A stretch of 64,000 nucleotides of DNA, from the NCBI RefSeq assembly GCF_009914755.1, contig NC_060933.1; one strand, 5' to 3'. This DNA comes from the human T2T-CHM13v2.0 reference genome, Homo sapiens. The notes beneath the pieces are model-generated. The model was not told the origin of the DNA, ran no database searches, and saw only the letters and a list, made by a program, of their open reading frames with translations. Shown piece by piece: positions 15,975 to 29,071 of the stretch. The first letter of the stretch is position 1. Each line of letters begins with the position of its first letter. Position numbers and translations under genes: made by a program.

Positions 15975-16530
15975 TGGAAATGGTGTTTCCTTAGCAGAGA
16001 GTTGTCACTACACATGTCGTTATTATCTTCTTTAGGAAGCCATAGTGGCTAGAGTTAGTGAAAGAAGGCTTCTCAATCTTCTTTCTTCCAAGTCTTTTAG
16101 TTTCTACAGACACAGACACATAATTATGTATTGCTCTGTTTTATTCAGGGTTGTTTTTGCATGTGTTTGCCTTAAGTTGTTTGGCAAGAAATAGGCACAG
16201 GTTTATTCTTCTTACAGCACTCATTACAGGAAATACAAGTCTGAGCAAATGAAAAACTTAGAATATGCACATAGACGCATGTGCGTGCACACACACACAC
16301 ACACACACACACACCTGTACCATTGATGTTTTCATTTAATGAAATCTGAGCTTTGTTTGGTTTTGAAATTATTTAATAAAATCTAAAATGTTACTAATGA
16401 TCTTTTGAAGACAGAAGCATAGGAAGGATGTGGCAGAGTGTTTCCAACCATCTGAGGTTTGATCAGTCAGGATCTGTGCTATCCAGTATGGTAGCCACTA
16501 GAAAAATGAGGCTATTTAAATTAAATTAGT
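15975..16530. repeat. Right arm of old inverted duplication; includes (CA)n at ~16288-16314
   Basis: Colinear reverse-complement match to 12863-13410; one 89-nt hand-aligned block gave 17 differences (~81% identity). Confidence 0.95.
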
Positions 16531-16663
16531 GAACACTTAATAAAATTGGAAATTAAGTTCCTGAGTTGCACTAGCCACATTTCAATTGTTCTGTAGCCAC
16601 ATGTGGATAGTATCTAAGTTATCTGAACATTTTTATCATCTCAGTAAGTTCTATTGAACAGTA
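16473..16663 (+). mobile_element. MER33/MER3-like hAT-Charlie DNA transposon
   Basis: CTGTGCTATCCAGTATGGTAGCCACTAG...GCACTAGCCACATTTCAA...GTAGCCACATGTGG...AAGTTCTATTGAACAG. Confidence 0.8.
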
Positions 16664-16979
16664 GGGCCCAGACCACCTTTTCATCCCTATGCTTAATGTT
16701 TTTATATTAAAATATAATATTTTATGTAATAATAAAAATCAAAAGAAATAATTGGAAAGTAATAGTGAAACCTAAGGAAAAACAATGAAAAAATGCATTG
16801 GAGTTGGAAGCTTATATAATGCATGGTCTATAATAATATCCCACTAATTATTATATTGAATGAATGCATTTTTCATTTTTTCAATTTAAGATACTTGAAG
16901 ATTTTGATTTTCAAGAGATACGAGAACTTGATGCCTTCTTTTTTCTTTACAAAGAAGATGATATTAATAATTTGTTATA

Positions 16980-17295
16980 GGCTGGCCCTGGTGGCTCACT
17001 CCTGTAATCCCAGCCCTTTAAAAGGCTGAGGTGGGAGGATCGCTTGAGGCCAGGTGTTCAAGACCACCCTGGGCAACATGGTGAGCCCCTCTCTCTAAAA
17101 AAAAGTAAAAAATTGGCTGGGCGTGTTGTTGTGCACCTGTAGTCCCAGCTACTCAGAAGGCTGAAGTGGTGGGAGGATTGCTTGAGCCCAGGAGGTGGAG
17201 GTTGCAGTCAGTGGTAACTGTGACACTGTACCCCAGCATAGGTGACAGAATGAGACTGTGTCTCAAAATAATAATAAAAATAAATAATAATAATA
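16980..17295 (+). mobile_element. AluJ-like SINE
   Basis: GGAGGATCGCTTGAGGCCAGG, GGAGGATTGCTTGAGCCCAGG, (TAA)n tail; probable TSD TAATAATTTG. Confidence 0.9.
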
Positions 17296-18552
17296 ATTTG
17301 GTGTTATTTTTATACCTTGAATTTACTTAATAGGAAGAAATATATCAATTAGAGGGTACTGGAATCCCTTGGACTTATTTTTTCTTTTTCAATGAATGAT
17401 ATGTTTGCCTGCACAAGCCCAAAACCATAAACCGATCTAGAAGATGAGGACACACAAATACTTCTCTAATATCCCAGAGGTGAAGTTCACCTGCATGTCA
17501 GATATTAGCACTGAGAGGGGATATTCCTATTTGGGAACATTTCTGTCTAAAATATTACCCTCTACATTATTTTATAAATGATGAACTAACTAAAGAAAAA
17601 GTTTCAGAATGTTGGTGGATGGGAAAGGAGCAACTGTTGACAAGTTTAATTTCATTTTAAGCCATTATCACAGGGGATATGTGTATACTATCTTAGAATC
17701 TGCCAATTTTTCAGCTTATTCATAACAGTCAAAGGAAAGATGTTATCTCTATGCTTATAGTGAAAAGCTTTGGAAGTCAGAAAGCAAATCTTTTATTAAA
17801 TTCTTGTCCAGGGTTCATCTGTCAGGTCTAGAAATGACTAGTTATTGTTACCGTGTACACCAAGATCATCTATGAGTGATATGGAAAAATGAAACATTTT
17901 AAAAGAATTCGAGAAGCAGTGGGTCCCTGTTCTTGCCTATCAATTTTGTAATGAAACAACAATTCCTTGTATTTACCTGGACAATTCTTCCAATGCAAGT
18001 CAGATCTATTTAAAGTAGCAGGTTTGTAGGAAAAGGGGTATCAGAGAAGCAGGTAAGATTACATGAAGAGTTAAAGAATAATGTTGCTGTAATGTTAACA
18101 ATCATATTTATAGGAATACAACCAGGGAAATTCTTCAACATATTGGTCAAAGATAAATTAATAAAATTTCCTGTTCAAATATACAGTTAGATTGCTCAAG
18201 TATACTGAGCATTGGAACTTTTTATAAAATGGATCCTTCGGAGTCTTAAATTAGTCTAATAATGGCTTAAAAAAGTGATTGAAATGCAGCAGCTTTGGTG
18301 TCCTGTTTTAACTTTAGTGAAAATACTAATTCTGGATGTTTATAAACAATTTCTACTTCTACTTTCTCTAGAGAATTTCACCCCCTGATACCCACATCAC
18401 AGGAGATAACACAAGAATTTATTTACAATAAATTCAAGTTTCCCTGAAAAATATGGTACGGTAACCTGAGAGAAGATTAACAGATTATTTTCTCATCCTA
18501 AGTGTCTGCTATTTTAGATATTGACCATATGAGAGAATGAGTTTTAAAAAAA

Positions 18553-18815
18553 CTTTTAATTTTTAATTTTTGTAGGTACATAGTAGGTGTATATATTTAT
18601 GGGATACATGAAATGTTGTGATACAGGCATGCAATGTGAAATAAACACATCATGGAGAATGGGATATTAATCCCCTCAAGCGTTTATCCTTTGTGTTACA
18701 AACAATCCAATAACAGTCCTTTAGTTATTTTTAAATGTACAATTATTATTAACTATAGTCACCGTGTTGTGCTATCAAATAATAGGTGTTATTTATTATA
18801 TTTTATTTTCGTACC
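18553..18815 (-). mobile_element. L1MA1/2-like 3'-end fragment
   Basis: TTTAATTTTTGTAGGTACATAGTAGGTGTATATATTTATGGG...ACAGGCATGCAATG; reverse-complement homologue of 11570-11820. Confidence 0.88.
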
Positions 18816-19329
18816 TAGAGTATTTTCTTACATGAATAAAAGATAATGATATTCCATACCATCTTGGGAATGGAATCCCTTGATCCCAGGTGCCTGTGGA
18901 AATGTTCACACTTTTCACGGGTGAGGATAAGTGAGGAAAGAATAAGAGCAGAAGGGCCCTAGAGGGAAACCTTAAAGAACCCGAGAGTAGAGAATGGATG
19001 GAAGTAGGTGATGTTGCTTTTTCTTCCTTCCTCACTGCTCTCCCTTCTGCAAAGGTGAATGTCTTCTTGCCTCAGCTTTATTTTTCAAATTGTAATCAAG
19101 ACCAAAACAAGTCAGACCATTGAGACTCATTTGTTTTCTTTCCGAGTGAAAGCAAACAGATCTAATTTCATTCTGAGACAAGGCAGGTGGGCTTAATAGA
19201 CAGTATGGGGGTGGGCAAAGAGGAGAAATGGTAACTGTGGGAAGACATCAGTTGTAATTTATCTTGACTTAGTAAGACTTTTCCTTTTTGCATGACATAC
19301 TGCTCAACAAATGGAGAGACACTCCAGTT

Positions 19330-19570
19330 AAGTAATTGCTCAGATTATTAGTGTGTTGTGCTGAAAAAGGACTCCTAAGCTGCATTAGCTTGGGTTGACA
19401 TCGCAGATGCTCATCTTCAAGGGGTCAGTACAAGAATGAATCTATTTAACATCTTCATCAATGATCAAGATAATGGAAAAGATACAGCAGGTCCATTAAT
19501 TAACATTAGGAAAGACATTATACTGCAAGGGTAGCTTGCACATTGTAGGGCAGTGTATGAATTTTAAATG
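19330..19570 (+). mobile_element. CR1/L3 LINE RT fragment
   Basis: CTATTTAACATCTTCATCAATGATCAAGATAATGGA encodes LFNIFINDQDNG, matching the CR1 RT motif LFNIFINDLD. Confidence 0.6.
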
Positions 19571-20155
19571 GCCTTTACCATGATAAAACACTTGTCCTTT
19601 GCATTCAAAATTTTAAAGGCTATTTTTGTTCATCCCTGCAGGCATGGCTAAGAAAACAAATAAGTGAACTCTTGCTACTGTGAATCTCTGTGTTCTATTT
19701 GCTAAAGCACAGGGCACTAGGACTGGAACAGCTTTAATTTAAATAGAACGATCCATTTTTTATAGCTGCAGCCCCAAATGATTTCCTCATTTCCCTATAT
19801 GTAACTCTTTCCCAGAATTTCAAGGCAATGGTGTAAGGCAGGGTCAGATACGTAACTTGAAGAGCCCACTGTGAAAAAAAGAAAAGCACTCTTTGTTCCT
19901 AAAGTAGAAACAACCACTAAAGCTACTAAGATATAAAGCTTTTTTCATTTCTTCATTGTTTCTCTATTAACTTGTTATGGTGTTTTTATTTACTATTTAA
20001 TATCATTCTAAGAAAAAAATTGACAATTTAAATTATTAGCATAAATTAATAATCACCTTTATATTGTGTATTGTCAGTTTTAAATGCACACAGGGGAACA
20101 TTTTACTCATATATGAAATCACCAAAATTACGCAATTCATATTTGGTAGCTCATA

Positions 20156-20422
20156 GTAAACTGGTACCAGTTGAGTCGGGGTGCTGCTAAAAAGATACTC
20201 GAAAATGTGGAAGCGACTTTGGAACTGGGTAACAGACAGAGGTTGGAAAAGTTTGGAGGGCTCAGAAGAGGACAAGAAAATGTTGGAAACTTTGGAACTC
20301 CCTAGAGACTTGTTGAATGGCTTTGCCCAAAATGCTAATAACGACATGGACAATAAAGTCCAGGCTGAGGTGGTCTCAGATGGAAATAAGAAACTCGTTG
20401 GGAACTGGAGCAAAGGTGACTT
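20156..20422 (+). mobile_element. THE1/MST-int (MaLR internal) 5' fragment without LTR
   Basis: GTAAACTGGTACCAG..GAAAATGTGGAAGCGACTTTGGAACTGGGTAACAG..GGAACTGGAGCAAAGGTGAC. Confidence 0.88.
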
Positions 20423-20689
20423 CGTTGATTTTGTGTAGAAAGTTTGATGCCTGCTTTTTTCACAGTAAAATGCTGACATAAAAAACAGCCATCCTAAAAG
20501 TTTCCATCTTAGGTGGGCAGCCATTTACCTTTTTCTGCCATCAAATTTTATGCATCAGTTGTACAAATTTAAATATCAGGCAGAAAAATATACATTGGTG
20601 TGGCTCACATTTACAACTTCTTAGTTAAATTTTTACCTTTACATTGCTCTTACTTAGCTCAATTTTAAAAATATAGTATTTTTGTTTAC

Positions 20690-21300
20690 TAGAGGAAATT
20701 GAAAATATAGAAACAATAAAATGAAGAAAGAATTATACACATTGAAGATAGTCAATGTAAATAGTTTTCCACTTCTTTTCTGGTCTTTTCTAAATGTACA
20801 ACTTTAAAAAATACTGGCAGATTCCAACCATATATAAAATTTTACATCTTGCTTTTTATGTAATATTATATTGCAAACATTTTTTTTCATGTTACATTCT
20901 GCCTGGACATTTTTATGGCTGCAGAGTGTATTACCACATGGATTTATTTAATGCTTACTCCATTTTTGGACACAATTTCATTTATAATAAATACTGTGAT
21001 GAACATCTTTTTGAATAAAACTTTTCTCATTTTTCAAGGTTATGTCCTTAGGATACATTCCCCGAAGAACATTACTGGGTAAAAGCATCTCAGACATTTT
21101 AAGTCTCTTGATTCTTGTTGACAAATTGCTTTCAAAGGAGACATACCAGTTTTTACTCCTGCTAGGGATTTACCACAATGCTTGTACTTCGTTAAATGTA
21201 GATTACTGTGATTAATGGTGATGGGCATTTTTATATGTGTTTGTTTTCTAATTCTAATTCCTCCATCGTGAAGTATGGTATCTCCTTCACGTCCTTTTGT
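20690..21300 (-). mobile_element. Ancient L1ME-like 3' fragments
   Basis: AATACTGTGATGAACATCTTT..CCTTAGGATACATTCC..ATTACTGGGT..CAAATTGCTTTCAAAGG. Confidence 0.55.
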
Positions 21301-21584
21301 AGACCACTCACTCTTACAGGCATGATCTCCTGGCAAAAGTATGGCAGAAGAAAACACTGAAACATTTCTACAGAGGTTGTATCATTTCTAATGTCTCCAC
21401 TTCCCTAGCCACCCTGCCTTTTAAAAATTGGGAGAAAATCAGAAAAAAGCTGATATCTCTTTTTTTCAAAGTTTATTTTTCTTGCAAAATAATATGCTTA
21501 TATTGCATAAACTAAACATTGCAAATAAAGCTAAAGCATCCCTTGACCAAGACCACAATGTTGCACAAATTCACAGACTATTTG

Positions 21585-21811
21585 TGACCAGCCTGGGCAA
21601 CATGGCAAAACCCCATCTCTACAAAAAGTAGCCAGGCTTGGTGGCACACGTCTGTAGTCCCAGCTACTTAGGAGGCTGAGGTGGGAGGATCACCCGAACC
21701 TGAGAGGTCAAGGGTGCAGTGAGCCCCGATCATACCATTGCACTCCCGCTTAGGTGACAGAGTGAAATCCTGTCTCCAAAAAAATAAATAAATAAATAAA
21801 AGAAAAAAAAA
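21585..21811 (+). mobile_element. 5'-truncated AluJ-like SINE
   Basis: GACCAGCCTGGGCAACATGGCAAAACCCC..GGAGGTCAAGG-type right arm, A-rich tail. Confidence 0.88.
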
Positions 21812-24800
21812 TCTACAGACCGCCTTACACAGTTAGTTGTGCAGTGTTGATGGAGAGACCCTGGGCTGGACAATATCTGCTTGTCATTCCCAATCTTTAT
21901 CCTCTCATGGGAGGGAAACATTGCTCTCGGTTTTATGTAAATCCCCCCAGATGCTTTTCTTTTTAAAAATTTTTTAAAAATTTCATTTTCTTATTATTAC
22001 CATAGTGGAATGAGCAGAACTGGCTTATCCCTGCCCCTCTCCTTAGCTTGTTTCCTCATAGAACGCTGATGCCTTTTCCCTGCATTAAATTCCAGTTAGT
22101 CCTATTGTTTAGTCCTCTTTCTGTAGTCCGGGCCAGTTGTTTTCCACATTTACATGTTGTGAATATGGTTTTGCATCTCTCTAGCAGTCTGATCCCAGAG
22201 CCCCTCTCCGATTTTTTATTTTTAAAGGTTCAGGATGTTTTGCCTTATTAAGGAATGCTGCGGAGAAACATGTTAGAGAAACATTATTTTAGGATGCCAA
22301 AATCTTTTTCTCTCCCTAAAGCTAAAACACATACAGTTTCACTCTAAGGAACCAATTCTTTAGAAAACTGAGCTAAAACGGAAATGAAATGAAAGGCGGC
22401 CTACATTAAATTTCATTTAGTCCTATTGTTTAATTTATGTTCTGGGCTACTCGATTCCTTTTAGGCCCTAGGCATGCAAGATACTGTTTCCGTGTGCTTG
22501 GTCACTCCTTCATATTTTATCCTATCTTTGGGCCTTATGGATATTTCTGTTCTGGAGGCTTCTGAAATCAGTCGGCTCTCTTTTTGGGAGAGTTGGTAGG
22601 TGGAGTGGGATATGTTTTAGCAGGCATGTTGGTTTATATATTTTTTCCATTAAACCTATTGGCTTTCTTCTTTGTGAGTTTAATAATGTGATGTCTTGCT
22701 TCTGTTGACCAATTTTTAAAGTTTTGATTATTCATTTGTACTCGGATTGTTTTGCCATATTTTCTGAGTAATTTTGTTTGTTTGTTTATTTATTTATTTA
22801 TTTTTAGTACAGCCTTGAAAGAGACATTAGATTTCCTAGGAAAGCATGATGAAAACACACTCTAACCCATTTGTGGACCTTTGCAGATTAGGGGTGCTTC
22901 CATATTGTGAGCCATGTGGCTAAGCAGGATATGATTGCCTCGTTTCTGACCCAGCAGTCAAAGATGCTGTGCTTTGCTGGAGGGAAGTGTTCACAGCTAC
23001 TGCCTGTGTTGTAATTTTTTTTTTTTTTTGAGAATTAACAGAAGACCTGAATTTTTAGAGTTTTCCATATGGTTGCTTTCCTAGTAGGACTAACATTGAC
23101 TTAAAAAAAAATCCACCTCTTCACTTTAAGGAAAAGAAAAGTCCTGAGTCACTTAGTATTCCTTACACTCAGGAAGGCTGACTATAAAGGCTTACACTTC
23201 CTGCTGTGATTGTATCCTTCTTGAAAGAAATGAAGCAGCAACATGAACTTAGTTCCCTTTATCTGCACAGTGATTCTAAGTCTCAGTTTCTGCCGTCTTC
23301 CCTCTCTGACTATTTAATACACTTATCGTTTCTCTGCCTGGCATTCCCCTATAGGAGAGATTGAATTTAACAAATGTACACTAAGAATGATAGCTGACAC
23401 TAATTCAATGAGCAGAAGGTTAAATCCGATCATAATTCCTGAGGTAATGGAGACGGGTCAGGTATGCAGATCTCTGAAGAGTCAAAGAGATTAAAGGAGA
23501 CTACACAGTTCCTTTGACTCTGTAGCCACTAGGAAACTATAATAGCGTTTTAAGGTAGGGTAGTACTGGAGCCTAAAGATTTATTTTTTAAAAAATGAAC
23601 AAAGCATCACAGTCAAGCTGATGCAATAATTTTGCAATCCTTTGAGCTGTTAAACTCAAGAAAGATGTTAGCTAAATGCAATCTGGAATAAATACATTAA
23701 TTTTCACATTTCCTTTTCCCCGTTGCGCATAGTCTTGAACTATTTTAACTCAGATGAACTTTAGTCCATGTTAAAATCTGGAAAGAGTATCTGCAAAGAT
23801 ATAATAAATATAAATAAATTACATTAAGGATATACGAGTGGAAAAGGGAGAAAGAAAAAATTTGCAAACACTTAAAAAAAAACTGCTTGATTTAATGTCT
23901 GTAGATGGAAGCTGTGGATCAGTACTTCCCATGAGACTCCATAGTGGATTGTCGCTGATGGCAACTAACAGAAAACTAACGAAAAACTTGCACCTGGGGC
24001 CCTTGCTGGATTCGCCTCTAACAGCCCTTCTCAGTGGGATGGCAGGATCAGGGTTAAGGCTGATAAGATAATGGAATCTGTGCGTGCCCGGCCTGATTGC
24101 TCCCCTGATCTGATCACTAGTATCGGGGTGACAGCTGCTTTTCCAACCCTCTGGGCAGCAAGTGGCAGAGCAGCATGTCAATTGCATGTGCATATTTAGC
24201 AGTCATATATTGACAATTAAAGAGAAAGTGTTTCACATTTGTATTACCCTTATTAAAGAGTATGTGAAATATTTAGTCAAAGAGTTGGAGGGTTTAGAGA
24301 TCCCATGTGAATTTTTGCATGACAGAGCAGGGTTCTTTTAAAATATACACTTGATCAGTGAATTATGATAATTCTTGCATTGGTGTGCCTGTGTAAAGAT
24401 ATTGAACATTACATATGCAAGTCACATATATACCTCAGAGGAAGACTGTCAAGTTTTAGAATTGCAATAGTAGTACATGACACTGAAATTGGGATGGGTT
24501 TGTTATAATTCAAAATGGAGGTAATGAAATCAGAAAAGAAAAAAAAAGAACTGGAAAGAGAATGTTTTGTTTTCAGGGATTAAAGCTTTCTAAATTAGTG
24601 GGTTAGAATAAAGTATTGTGTCACTAAAGATAGTAAAATGTGTAAATACATTACTTTTTATAGAAAGGAAACTAGTTTATATATACACACACAGACGCAT
24701 ACACAAGTATATCTGTTAGTATATATCCACTTAAAATGTGCATACTCTTATATCTCAGATTTCCACATCCAGGAATAGGTATTCTTCACCTGCCCTTTTC

Positions 24801-27375
24801 ACTTAAATAATGTCTCTTCTTTGTTGTTTGGTTTTGCAATTGAAGGGCACTTCCTTTTCTTCTGTGTAAAAATTGTGTATTTGAAAAATACAAAAGAATA
24901 CATGTAATTGACACGTAAGCAATGAAGCATGATAATTACTGAACACTAGTGAATCTACCATGCAATTAGGATCTGGAACATTATTTATGTAATTGTGTTA
25001 CACTTCTATTTCATCCTATTTTCTACTTCCTATAGATACTCAGTAAACTGAATTTTATCATTTGTTTTCCCAAAATGGTTTTATCATATAAGTACATATT
25101 CTTTTCATAATCTCATTTTTCAAAATTAAGGTATCATTTACATACAGTAAATTTTATTCATTGTGATTTACAATTCTTTGGCTTTTTACAAACACCTACC
25201 CATCAAAATTAAGATATAGAGCAGTTCTATTACCTCTCAAAATCATCCCATGCCACTTTGTAAATCAGTCCCTCCCCTTTTTCCCCACTCTTGGCAACCT
25301 CTAATCTGTTTTCTGCCCCAAGAGTTTAGCCTTTTCCAGAGTGTCATTTAGATAGAATCATATATTATATACCCTTTTGAGCCTTCTTTCCTTCTGCATA
25401 ACGCATTTGAGATTCATTCATGTTTTTGTACATATCAGTAGTTCATTTCCTTTTATGAGTAGTAGTATTCTATTATAGGAATGTATTGCAGCTTGTTTAT
25501 TGATTGGCTAGCTGAAGAGCAATTGGTTTCCAGTTTTTTGCAATTGTAAATGTATCGGCTATCAATATTTGTATACACATTTTTGTATAAATATAAATTT
25601 TCATTTCATCTGGGTACCTACTTAGAAGTGAAATTTCTGGGTCATATGATAAATGTATGTTAAACTTCATAAAAAACTATAAGATGTAGCACGCATTTCC
25701 AAAGGGGCTGTATCATTTTGCATTCTCACAAGCAATTTGTCAAAGTTTCAGTTGCTCTGCACCCTTATTAGCATTTAATATTGTCAGTTGCCTATTTTTT
25801 TCCAAATCTAGCCATTTTAAATTAATGGTATCTCACTGAGTTATAATTTAAACTTTCTCAATGACTAATTATTTTGAGCAACTTTGTATGCTTGTTTATG
25901 ATCTATATGGCTTGTTTAGTGAAGTGTTCACTTTTTTTGCCAATTTTAAAACATATGTTGTCTATTTTCTTATTGAGTTTCGAGAATTTTTATGCACAGA
26001 TACAAATTTGTTTTAATTAGATGTGTGATTAACAAATATTTTCTTCCAGTCTGTGCTTTGTCTTTTCATTCCTTTAACAGTTTTTGAGGATCAGAAATTC
26101 TTAATTTTGTTAACACATAATTTATGAATTTGTTTTATGCATTATGCTTTTGGTACCTAAGAATTTTTCACCTAACCCGAAGTCACAGAGAGTATCTCTG
26201 ATTTCTCCTAGCAGTTTATAGTTGTATGTTTTACATTTAGAGTAGTTACTCACTTTCAGTTACTTTTAGTATATTATGTGAGGTAGGGATCAACATTTAT
26301 ACATTTTTTGCATATGGATAGCTAATTGCTTCAGCATCATTTGTTAGAAAGATTATTCTCAATTGAACAGACTTTTTATCTGTTAAATCAAGTAAACATG
26401 TGTGATCTACTTCTGGATTGTCTACTTAAAAAACTTGATTTAGGTGTCTATTATTTTACCAATGCCATATTGTCTTGATGACTGTAGCTTTAATGTAAAT
26501 CTTGAATCAGGTATTGTAAAATCAGGTACTTTAAAACAAAGATTATTTTGGACTACTTAATTCTTTTAACTGTCCATATAAATTTTTGAATCAGCTTGTC
26601 CATTTCTATGTAAAACTTGCTGAGATTTTGATGAAATTATATTAAATCTATAGATCAGAATGTGGAGAAATGATATCTTAACCACACCAACTCTTCCAGT
26701 TCATAAAAGTCACTTTTTTGATGTTTAAACTCAATGTTATGTAGTTTTCAGCACACAGATCTTGTACATATTTTGTTAGATTTATAACTAAGTATTTAAT
26801 GTTTTGGTACTGTTATAATAGTACTTTAAAAATTTTGATTTTCAATTGTTCATCCTTATTGTATAGAAATATTAGAGAGTTTTAAATATAGAACTTCTAT
26901 CTGAAAACTTAAATCACTTATTAGTACTTTTAGCTTTCTAAAAATAGATTTCAGGATTTTATACAATCTTATTGCCCAAGAATAGAGACAGTTCTATTTC
27001 TTCCTTTTCAATCTGTATTTCTTTTATTTCTTGTGATTGCCTTACTGCACTGTCTTGGACATCTGGTATGATAAACAGGAAAGCAGACATCTTTACCTTG
27101 TTCTCATTGTATGGGGAAAGCATTCAATCTTTCATCAATAAATATGATGTAAGCTGTAGGCTTTTTTGGTATGTGTTCTTTATCAGGTTTTGGAAGTTTC
27201 TTTATAATTTGCCGAACATTTTCTATAAATTACAAATCAGTGTTCAAATCTCTTAAATTTTTCTCTTATCTTTCGAGATGGTGATTTTTTTTTTCTTCTC
27301 TATTACATTTATATAGTGGATACATTGATTGCTTTTCAAATGTTGAACAAACTCAGCATTTTAAAAATAAACCCC

Positions 27376-27712
<337 letters not shown>

Positions 27713-27772
27713 TCATGATGTATTATTATTGTTTTTTTTACATATTGTTGTATTCAAATTTACTGGTATTTT

Positions 27773-28072
27773 GGACAAGCGTGGTGGCTCACGCCTGTGA
27801 TCCCAGCACTCTGAGAGGCCAAGGCGGGCGGATTGCCTGAGCTCAGGAGTTTGAGACCACCTTAGGCAACATGGTGAAACCCTGTCTCCACTAAAATACA
27901 CAAAATTAGCCAGGCATGGTGGCGTGCGCCTCTAATCCAAGCTACTAGAGAGGCTGAGGCAGGAGAATTGCTTGAGCTGGGATGCCGAGGTTGCAGTGAG
28001 CCGAGATCACACCACTGCACTTTAGCTCGGGCAATAGAGTGAAACTCCCTCTCAAAAACAAAAAACAAAAGA

Positions 28073-28103
<31 letters not shown>
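27773..28103 (+). mobile_element. AluS-type SINE
   Basis: Full dimer with long A tail; 17-bp TSD AAATTTACTGGTATTTT (27756-27772) / AAATTTACCGGTATTTT (28111-28127). Confidence 0.93.
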
Positions 28104-28106
<3 letters not shown>

Positions 28107-29071
28107 CACGAAATTTACCGGTATTTTGTTGAGGACTTTTGTCTCTTTATTCATGAGGGACGTTGCTGTGTAATTTTTTCTCTCCACCCGCCCCGCACCT
28201 CCGTCTTGTGTTGTTTTTTTCTGATTTTGGTATTAGAGTATTTTTGGATTTACCAAATGAGTTGGGAACTGGCCCCTATTTTCTATTCTGGAAAAGATTG
28301 TGTCAAATTTGTATTATTTCTTTTTCAAATATTTGGGAGAGTTTGCCAGTGTGGCCCTCTGGCTTAAAGAGTTTTTGGTTGGAAACTTTAATCTAGAAGT
28401 ACACTTTAATTAATAGATATAGAATTATTTGGATTATCTGTTACATGATTGAGATTTCCTAGTCTGGGTCTTTTGAATCATTTGCCCATTTTACCTAAGT
28501 TGTTCATTTCTGGGCATACAGTTGTTTGTAATATTATTATTATCCTTTAAATGTCTGTAGTATTTATAGTGATGTCTCCCTGTAAAAATTCTTAATATTT
28601 GTACTTCATATCTTCTCTCTTACTTTGTTGGTCAATTTGGCTGGACGAGTACAATGTTTTTTTTTTTTTTTTTTTTTCAAAAAATCGCTGTGGTTTTATT
28701 ACTTTTCTCTATTTTTTTGTTCTCAGTTTAATTTCTATATGTTTTATTCATTCTGTTTGGGTATAATATAATTTTATTTTTCCAGTTTTTAAGGTGGATT
28801 CTTAGAAAGTTGCTTTTCAAGTATCGCTCTAGCTGCATCTCACGTATTTTGACAGGTTATGGTTTCATTTTCATTCAATTAAAATATTTTCTAATTTCCT
28901 CTATGACTTTCACTTTCATCTTTGGGTTATTTAGAAATGTTTTGTTTGCTAACCAATTATTTTGGGATTTTCCAAGTATATTTCTCTTACTAATTTGTAG
29001 TTTAATTCCATTATGGCTACAGAACATACTTTGTATGATTTAAATTTCTACAAATTTTAAATGTTTTTAAA

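Noticed and set aside
12863-16530. Interpretation as a DNA transposon with long terminal inverted repeats
   Set aside because: No transposase remnant in the spacer, no TSD visible, and the outer ends run into a MER33 that continues on the right, which fits a genomic duplication better
23819-24193. 124-aa minus-strand ORF
   Set aside because: No recognisable homology or splice context; plausibly a by-product of locally higher GC
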